A stretch of 64,000 nt of DNA. Origin: an uncultured Verrucomicrobiae bacterium (GTDB lineage Bacteria > Verrucomicrobiota > Verrucomicrobiia > Limisphaerales > UBA11358). Location: NCBI GenBank assembly GCA_963804345.1, contig CAWDPX010000007.1, positions 13,614-77,613 of the forward strand, written 5' to 3'. How positions within the stretch are numbered: the first letter of the stretch is position 1; each line of letters begins with the position of its first letter. Both the position numbers and the translations under genes were made by a program. The notes under the pieces were generated by a model. It saw nothing but the letters and a program-made list of their open reading frames with translations. It had not been told where the DNA came from and made no database searches. This document shows, piece after piece, positions 57,268-64,000 of this stretch.

Positions 57268-58455
57268 GTGAACACGATTGGCATCATCCCTGCGCGTTAC
57301 GCTTCAACGAGGTTTCCCGGCAAACCGCTTGCGCTCATCGCGGGCAAGCCGCTGATTCAGCACGTTGTCGAGCAATGCCAGAAAGCCAGGTCGTTGAGCG
57401 AAGTCATTGTGGCAACGGACGACACACGGATCTGGGAAGTGGTACAGAATTTCTGTCACGCGGAAATGACACGACCGGATCATCCGAGCGGTTCCGATCG
57501 CATCGCCGAAGTCGTCGGGCGTTGCAAGTGCGACGCGGTGGTGAACATCCAGGGCGACGAACCGTTGATTGACCCGAAGGTGATTGACGCCGTGGCCGGC
57601 GCGCTGGCGCAAAACGAAATGTCCACCGCCGCTGTGCGCATCCGGCAACCCGCCGAGCTCGACAATCCGAACGTGGTAAAAGTCGTTGTCAGTGCCGCGG
57701 GCCGGGCGTTATACTTTTCCCGGCGCACGATTCCATATCTGCGCGAGGCCGCCAGCCCCGAAGACGTTCGGGGGCAGTTGGCGGTGTTTGCTTTTTTGAA
57801 GCATCTCGGCATTTACGGTTACCGGCGGGAGACGCTGCTGCGGCTGGTGAAATTCCCGGTGTCGCCGCTGGAAGCCGCCGAGAAGCTGGAGCAGTTGCGC
57901 GCGCTGGAGAATGGGATTCAGATTGCGGTCGTGACCGTGGCTTACGACAGCGTGGGCGTGGACGTGCCGGAAGATGTGGCGAAAGTGGAAAAAATAATTC
58001 GCCGGGATTATCTGGACGTGACCGAAGCTCGCGTGCGCGACGAAGGCAAACCGCGCCTCTCCCACGATGAAGTCAAAAAACGCTACGATATGGGCAATAA
58101 CAATCTTTGCGAAGTCGTGCAGGACATTCCGCCCGGTGCGGCGAAGTGTCGCTGGACACTGCGCGCTGACAATCACGGCCACCATCACAGCAGAATCCGC
58201 CTGTCGAAATCTCCTCTCTATCTTGAGTTGCATTGGCGTCCGACGGCTGATGATTCGGTTCGGCGAGTTGGAGTGTTTCGTCTCGATTTGACCGGCCTAC
58301 TCCGTGATGGCTACATTCGGCCAGAGCAGAAAGATTCGCATGGTTCTTACGTTCGGCTCAGAATTATTCGAGCCGATGATGGCAGTTTCTATGTGCAAAT
58401 GAACCAACATGGACCACGACTTTTATTGCGTAAGACGTCATTGATCGCATCTTAG
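57268..58455 (+). CDS. kdsB: CMP-KDO synthetase (to ~58000) reading through into ~150 unrelated residues
   Basis: IPARYASTRFPGKPL, NIQGDEP, HLGIYGY, EKLEQLRALENG, GVDVPED. Confidence 0.9.
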   Translation: MNTIGIIPARYASTRFPGKPLALIAGKPLIQHVVEQCQKARSLSEVIVATDDTRIWEVVQNFCHAEMTRPDHPSGSDRIAEVVGRCKCDAVVNIQGDEPLIDPKVIDAVAGALAQNEMSTAAVRIRQPAELDNPNVVKVVVSAAGRALYFSRRTIPYLREAASPEDVRGQLAVFAFLKHLGIYGYRRETLLRLVKFPVSPLEAAEKLEQLRALENGIQIAVVTVAYDSVGVDVPEDVAKVEKIIRRDYLDVTEARVRDEGKPRLSHDEVKKRYDMGNNNLCEVVQDIPPGAAKCRWTLRADNHGHHHSRIRLSKSPLYLELHWRPTADDSVRRVGVFRLDLTGLLRDGYIRPEQKDSHGSYVRLRIIRADDGSFYVQMNQHGPRLLLRKTSLIAS

Positions 58456-58473
58456 ATTTCATGGCTGTACTCT

Positions 58474-59178
58474 ATGGAAGAAAATAAAAACGAATCCGTA
58501 AAAGTTTCCTTGGTGAATCCACCATTTGAAAATCCGTGGAGAACACGTCAAGATTATCTGGATGATCAGCGGCGGGGAAAAATTCAATTCCGAATTACCA
58601 TTACAGCAATTGTTCTTTCCTTTTTGAGCGTGGTTGCAACAGCAATTATTGCAATCGAATCGCTCAAGCGAATGACCGAGCTTCAATCGTCATCCGTAAA
58701 TGGAATTGATTCCAAGCTTTATGCAAAAGCAGAAAGCCAATTAAAAAAGCATATTGAGAATTTGAAATCAGAAGGTCGAAGCTCACCAATAAAGTGGGGA
58801 GCAGTTCGAAATCTGCACTACAAACTAAGTCCAGGTGACTACAATGATACAATTTCAGCGGTGCTTGTTTTTGAAGAAAATAATTCATTTGATACCGGCA
58901 TTGCTCCTTTTACCTCGTTCAATCGTTGTGAATTAAATTTGCTATACTCCGAGAACGGGTGGCATTTCACGGGTGGCACGTATCGTTTATTTTCACCAGA
59001 TGGCGAGGAAAAATGGAAAACATATACGGGGGATGAGCCGGGGATGAAAATGGAACTCAATATGGATTTCTATGGCATGAGGTGGACCCCAAAAACTGGA
59101 CCACAGGTTAAGATGGACTTTCGCTGGTCTGCTGGAGAAAAGAAAGCAGACTATGAAAGCAAAACGGAAACGGCATAG
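58474..59178 (+). CDS. AT-rich membrane-anchored hypothetical protein, 3' end interrupted by IS3
   Basis: Removing the IS restores ...DFYGKPN-stop. Confidence 0.7.
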   Translation: MEENKNESVKVSLVNPPFENPWRTRQDYLDDQRRGKIQFRITITAIVLSFLSVVATAIIAIESLKRMTELQSSSVNGIDSKLYAKAESQLKKHIENLKSEGRSSPIKWGAVRNLHYKLSPGDYNDTISAVLVFEENNSFDTGIAPFTSFNRCELNLLYSENGWHFTGGTYRLFSPDGEEKWKTYTGDEPGMKMELNMDFYGMRWTPKTGPQVKMDFRWSAGEKKADYESKTETA

Positions 59179-60547
59179 TGCGGCCTTCAAGGCCAAAGTG
59201 GGATTCGAAGCCCTGGTTGGGCTGAAGACGGTCTCGCAACTGGCGAGAGAGTACGGGGTGCATCCGACGCAGGTGACGCAATGGCGGGCGACGATTCGGG
59301 ATCACATGCCCGAGTTGTTCGAGCCCGGGCAACCGGGGACGGAAGATCAGGAGGAGTTGATCGCGCAGTTGCATCAGAAGATCGGCCAATTGACGGTGGA
59401 CTTGGACTGGCTTAAAAAAAAGTCCAGACAACTGGGGTTGTAACATGTCTGCAAGAACTGGTCAGCCCGGATCCGAAGGTCAGCGTACGGCATCAGTGCG
59501 AACTGCTGGAGCTCTGCCGCAGCAGCTACTATTACCAGTGTGCTCCGGAGACGGAGGAGAACCTGGCGCTGATGCGGCGATTGGACGAGTTGCACTTGGA
59601 GCATCCGGTTTATGGCAGCCGCAAGCTGGCGGTGCTGTTGCACCAGCAGGGTTTGGCCGTCAATCGCAAGCGGGTGGTGCGGCTGCTGCATTTGATGGGG
59701 ATCGAGGCGATTTACGCCAAGCCGCGGACGAGCCTGCCGGAACCCGGTCACCAAATTTATCCGTATCTGTTGCGCGATTTGGAGGTGACGGGGCCGGATC
59801 AAGTCTGGTGTTCAGACATCACCTATGTACCGATGGCCACGGGCTTCATGTATCTGGTGGCGGTGATGGACTGGTGGAGTCGTTATGTGTTGGGCTGGCG
59901 ATTGAGCAACACGCTGGAGGCGGCATTTTGTGTGGACGCCTGGGAGGCGGCGTTGCGGGTGGGACGGCAGGCCCCGCTGATCTCCAACACCGATCAAGGT
60001 TCGCAGTTCACCGCGCCGATGTTTATCGATGCGGTGGAATCGGCGGGCGTGGATGTGAGCATGGACGGTCGGGGGCGGTGGATCGACAACCGGTTCATCG
60101 AACGGCTGTGGCGGAGCGCCAAATATGAAGACATCTATTTGCAGGACTATGGCGACGGACTGGCGGCCGGACGCGGGCTGGGTCGGTGGTTTGACGGCTA
60201 TAACCAGGAGCGTCCGCACCAGGCACTGGGTTATGCGACGCCGGCAGAAGTGTATTTTGATCCTGGTGCGCATGGTGCCCAGCCAGCCAGTTGGGAAGCG
60301 ATGCAACCCCAGAACGCACGGCCGCGAAGAAAGACTTGAAATCGGACCGCCTTCGGCGGTAAGTATTGAAACCCCATTAAACGGGAGAGGGAGGGCGGGT
60401 AGTGCCCAGCACGGCTCGCTCTCTCTTTTCCAAATGGATTTAAAGCGCAGACTGAACGAGAGACAGACAAAAGTAACCATGACAGCAGACCGCGAGAATC
60501 CATCTTATTTTCTGCGCTCAGTGGTCTAAAGAATGGGGGCCGCCTCA
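59078..60547 (+). mobile_element. Complete IS3-family insertion sequence (1470 bp)
   Basis: TG...CA ends, IRs TGAGGTGGACCCCA / TGGGGGCCGCCTCA, flanking GCA duplication (59075-59077, 60548-60550). Confidence 0.95.
59153..60339 (+). CDS. IS3 transposase OrfA/OrfB joined by -1 frameshift
   Basis: OrfA HTH 59153-59443; A8G slippery site near 59414-59422; OrfB WCSDITY, NTDQGSQF, DNRFIERLWRS. Confidence 0.92.
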
Positions 60548-60655
60548 GCAAACCCAATTAAAGCGGCGTTGACATCCGATTTCTTTTAAGCGTAAAAGGG
60601 TTAACCACAAGCATTGAACAATTCTTCCGCGCCGTGACGCACCAGATTTAACTGT

Positions 60656-60684
60656 TTGACAGTCTTGAATCATTGTGATACTAT
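60656..60684 (+). promoter_or_regulatory. Sigma70 promoter of hicAB (near-leaderless)
   Basis: TTGACA-17 bp-TACTAT; ATG 12 nt downstream; TGATACT direct repeat as possible operator. Confidence 0.75.
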
Positions 60685-60696
60685 TTTGATACTGAA

Positions 60697-60891
60697 ATGC
60701 CGCGCAAGATTCGCCAACTGATAGCCGACTTGGAAAAGGCCGGGTTTGAGAGCCGGGGCGGCAAGGGCAGCCATCGGAACTATAAGCATCCGAAAGGATT
60801 GCGGGTGACGGTGAGCGGTCACGCTGGTGACGATGCCAGGCATTATCAGGAACGGGAAGTGCGGCGGGCGTTGGACAAGTTGAAAGAGTGA
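60697..60891 (+). CDS. hicA: HicA toxin
   Basis: L.KAGF...GGKGSHRNYKHP. Confidence 0.92.
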   Translation: MPRKIRQLIADLEKAGFESRGGKGSHRNYKHPKGLRVTVSGHAGDDARHYQEREVRRALDKLKE

Positions 60892-60936
60892 ATTGAAAGC
60901 GAAGAGCGGAACTGAAACTGAAACTGAAACCAAACA

Positions 60937-61287
60937 ATGAAAAAGAGCGAATTGAAAGCAAAAGCCGCTCAATACACCAAGCTGGTGGAGTGGAGCGATG
61001 AAGACGGCTGCTTTGTGGGCAGTGCGCCGCCGATCATCGGCCAGTGCTGCCACGGTGCCGATGAAGCGAAGGTCTATGCCGAACTCTGCCAGATTGTCGA
61101 GGAGTGGATTGAATCGCTCGAAACAGATGGAAGTTCCCTGCCCGAACCGTTGGGCAATGTGAGTGATTTCAGCGGCAAGTTTGTGCTGCGCGTTGAACCG
61201 GCCATTCACCGCCGTCTCGCCGCCAAAGCCCTTGCCGCCGGTGAAAGCCTCAACAGCTACTGCGTCAAAACGTTGGTGAAGGCATGA
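60937..61287 (+). CDS. hicB: HicB antitoxin
   Basis: VEWSDED..FVG..P, SGKFVLRV...HRRLA..A...GESLN. Confidence 0.92.
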   Translation: MKKSELKAKAAQYTKLVEWSDEDGCFVGSAPPIIGQCCHGADEAKVYAELCQIVEEWIESLETDGSSLPEPLGNVSDFSGKFVLRVEPAIHRRLAAKALAAGESLNSYCVKTLVKA

Positions 61288-61522
61288 AACTTATCGCCGT
61301 CGCATTGTTCAAGCAGCGCATGCTTGAATAAAATTCCTTTGCGCTTTTGCGCGAAAATAAATCAAGCAAGCGCAATTTTTCCTCCGTCCCGCCGGCAGCG
61401 GCAAAATCTTCCGTAAATAAAGGGCCATTCGGGCCAGCCCCAAGTATTGAACAAATTCTTCCGCGCCGTGTTGTTGCCTTAATTTTCATTCGTGTTTAAT
61501 CTGTGGCTGGAAATAATTTGAA

Positions 61523-63136
61523 ATGAAATTTATATTTGTAACCGGTGGTGTGGTGAGTTCGCTGGGCAAGGGCCTGACGGCGGCGTCGCTGGGCACGCTG
61601 CTCGAAAATCGCGGCCTCAAGGTGGCGCTCCAGAAGTTCGATCCCTACCTCAACGTGGACCCCGGCACCATGAGCCCGTTTCAACACGGCGAGGTTTATG
61701 TGCTCGACGACGGCGCGGAAACCGACCTCGACCTCGGCCATTACGAGCGGTTCACCAACGTCAAGCTGACCCGGCTCAACAATCTCACCAGCGGCCAGGT
61801 CTATCAGACCGTGCTCAACAACGAGCGCGAGGGCAAATACCTCGGCAAGACTGTGCAGGTCATTCCGCACGTCACCGACGAAATCAAAAACCGCATTCAC
61901 ACGCTGGCCGAAACCTCCAAGGCGGACGTCATCATCACCGAAATCGGCGGCACCACCGGCGACATCGAGGGCCTGCCGTTTCTGGAGGCCATCCGCGAGT
62001 TCGCGCTGGAAGCCGGCCACGGCAATGTCGTGTTTGTTCATGTCACCTACGTGCCGTTCATCAAGGCGGCGGGGGAATTGAAAACCAAGCCCACGCAGCA
62101 ATCGGTCGCCAAGCTGCGGGAAATCGGCATCGCGCCCCACCTGATCGTCTGCCGCTGCGAAAAGCCGCTGGAAAAGGAGTTGCGCCAGAAAATATCCATG
62201 TTCTGCAACGTGCCGGTGGAGGCGGTGATCGAGGAGCAGGACGTGGAACATTCGATTTACGAAGTGCCGCTCATGCTCCAGCGCGAGCGCGCCGACGAAC
62301 TGGTCTGCGGGCTGCTGCGCCTCGATGTGCCGCCCGCCAACATGACCCACTGGCAGGAAATCATCCGCAAGATCATCGCGCCGCGGCACCGCGTCAGCAT
62401 CGGCGTGGTCGGCAAATACATCGGCCTGCAGGACGCCTACAAATCCGTCTATGAAGCCATCAGCCACGGCGGCATCGGCAACGATTGCGGCGTGGAAATC
62501 GTGCGGCTGGATTCCGAGGAGATTGAAAAGGAAGGCGCGGCCAAAATCCTGAAAGGCCTGGGCGGCATACTCGTGCCCGGCGGATTCGGCGAACGCGGCA
62601 TCGAGGGCAAAATCAAGGCCGCGCAATACGCGCGCGAAAATAAAATCCCCTATCTCGGCCTCTGCCTGGGCATGCAGATTGCCACCATCGAGTTCGCGCG
62701 GAATGTCTTGAAGCTGGAGAAGGCGCACTCCACCGAGTTTGAGCCGGGCACGCCGCATCCGGTCATCGCCATGCTCGACGAGCAGCGCAAAGTCACGAAA
62801 AAGGGAGGCACGATGCGGCTGGGCGCGCAGCCGTGCCAGTTGAAGCTCGGCACGAAGGCGGCAGAACTTTACGGCTCGTTCGTGGTGAACGAGCGGCACC
62901 GGCACCGCTACGAATTCAACAACGCCTACCGCGAGAAATTCGAGAAGGCCGGTTTCGTGTTCAGCGGCCTTTCGCCCGACGGCAAGCTCGTCGAGGTCAT
63001 CGAACTGAAGGACCATCCGTTTTTTGTGGCCAGCCAGTTCCATCCGGAATTCCAGAGCAAACCGCACCAACCGCACCCGCTGTTCAAGGGCTTCGTCGCT
63101 GCCGCGCATCAGAAAAGCCACAAGAAGGCGTTGTGA
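61523..63136 (+). CDS. pyrG: CTP synthase
   Basis: [37 protein letters not shown]. Confidence 0.98.
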   Translation: MKFIFVTGGVVSSLGKGLTAASLGTLLENRGLKVALQKFDPYLNVDPGTMSPFQHGEVYVLDDGAETDLDLGHYERFTNVKLTRLNNLTSGQVYQTVLNNEREGKYLGKTVQVIPHVTDEIKNRIHTLAETSKADVIITEIGGTTGDIEGLPFLEAIREFALEAGHGNVVFVHVTYVPFIKAAGELKTKPTQQSVAKLREIGIAPHLIVCRCEKPLEKELRQKISMFCNVPVEAVIEEQDVEHSIYEVPLMLQRERADELVCGLLRLDVPPANMTHWQEIIRKIIAPRHRVSIGVVGKYIGLQDAYKSVYEAISHGGIGNDCGVEIVRLDSEEIEKEGAAKILKGLGGILVPGGFGERGIEGKIKAAQYARENKIPYLGLCLGMQIATIEFARNVLKLEKAHSTEFEPGTPHPVIAMLDEQRKVTKKGGTMRLGAQPCQLKLGTKAAELYGSFVVNERHRHRYEFNNAYREKFEKAGFVFSGLSPDGKLVEVIELKDHPFFVASQFHPEFQSKPHQPHPLFKGFVAAAHQKSHKKAL

Positions 63137-63145
63137 GAACCTTGG

Positions 63146-63284
63146 CAGCACCAGAGGTGTGGAATATTTGTAGTCGTGATCCAAACCAAATTCCCAAGCT
63201 CCAGCGGAGCGGCATATGTCGCTCCTGACGGAGCTTGTGCGGCATGGGGTTTAAAACTACAAATATGTCGCGCCTACGGCGCTG
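63146..63284. repeat. REP-like multi-hairpin element
   Basis: ATATTTGTAG ... CTACAAATAT outer IR with AGCTCC..GGAGC inner hairpins. Confidence 0.75.
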
Positions 63285-63291
63285 GGAAACC

Positions 63292-64000
63292 ATGACACGA
63301 ACCTCAAAAATAATCCTCCTACTGCTGTGCAGCTTTGCGATATGCATAGCCATTGCAATTGCGGCATTTGTTGTCTGGCGGGTGAATCTGGCGCACGACG
63401 TGAATGCGAAATTGCAGGCGATTCACGCCGCTGGTTTGCCGACGAGCGGCGCGGAATTGAATGCTTATTATCCCGCAGTTCCTGACCATGAAAACGCCGC
63501 GCTGGTAATGACTCAAGCCTTCGCACTGATGCGCGACCTACCCAAAATTGAAATACCAACCCGCACAAATAAACTGACGGCTAAACAGTGGTTATTGATT
63601 ACCGCCTGTCTCGAAACCAATCATGAAGCATTGGCAAGAGCGCGTGAAGCGGTGTTACTTCCCAAAAGCCGGTATCCGGTCAATTTGACTCCAGGATGTG
63701 ACGCTCTGCTTCCGCATATTCCTAAAATGCAAAAACTCGCAAGGCTTGTGTATTTTGAATCTTTGTTTGCGTTGGAATCACAGGACAGCAGGAAGGCCGT
63801 GGATTCAATTTGTTTTCAAATTGCCTTGTCCCACACCTTGGATGCCGAACCATTGCTAATCTCCCGATTATGTCGAGGGGAAATTATCTCTTCCGCGAGC
63901 AAACTTGTTGAATACAGTCTGAATCAAACCACCCCTGATGGAGCAACCCTCTTGAAACTCGAGAAAGATTTTACACTTGTTGATGAAATAAGATTATCTC
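63292..64000 (+). CDS. Membrane-anchored hypothetical protein, 3'-truncated by window edge
   Basis: MTRTSKIILLLL..., AAGLPTSGAELNAYYPAVPDHENAA; frame appears open to the end. Confidence 0.7.
   Translation, partial: MTRTSKIILLLLCSFAICIAIAIAAFVVWRVNLAHDVNAKLQAIHAAGLPTSGAELNAYYPAVPDHENAALVMTQAFALMRDLPKIEIPTRTNKLTAKQWLLITACLETNHEALARAREAVLLPKSRYPVNLTPGCDALLPHIPKMQKLARLVYFESLFALESQDSRKAVDSICFQIALSHTLDAEPLLISRLCRGEIISSASKLVEYSLNQTTPDGATLLKLEKDFTLVDEIRLS

Noticed and set aside
60909..60931. (ACTGAA)n hexamer run between hicA and hicB
   Set aside because: Only about three units, non-coding; too short to argue phase variation
61496..63184. 562-aa antisense ORF (also 43167-44108, 45860-47098, 49145-50305, 19937-21073, 21599-22840 and similar)
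   Set aside because: Shadow ORFs opposite well-conserved genes, expected from high-GC codon bias; no motifs of their own

Overview
GC-rich bacterial chromosome segment, most consistent with a Verrucomicrobiota (Pedosphaera/Limisphaerales-like) genome. That placement is inferred from the PEP-CTERM and TIGR03790-like genes, an ECF sigma factor with a long membrane extension and kdsB-pyrG linkage. Housekeeping content: RRM RNA-binding protein, infA plus a frameshifted DEAD-box helicase, an ArsR/DUF2892/RND/rhodanese cluster, tRNA-Met, mreBCD-mrdA-rodA-rne/rng, hisB, three type IV pilins with a PilGHI-like ABC/TPR module, kdsB and pyrG. Accessory content: an AbrB-Doc TA pair next to an AAA/DnaQ/UDG-like/Zn-finger cluster, a complete IS3 with 3-bp target duplication, hicAB, and many REP/MITE-like palindromes, three of them inside ORFs in frame. 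Strongest unannotated signals: (1) a ~120-nt structured 5' leader present twice, ahead of the RRM gene and of infA-DEAD helicase, with compensatory changes; (2) a pseudoknotted leader with covariation behind a sigma54 promoter ahead of each of the three pilins; (3) unannotated small proteins; (4) a phased DnaA-box-like array; (5) recurrent gene-end duplications flanking inserted cassettes. All family assignments are by eye from motifs; no database search was run.
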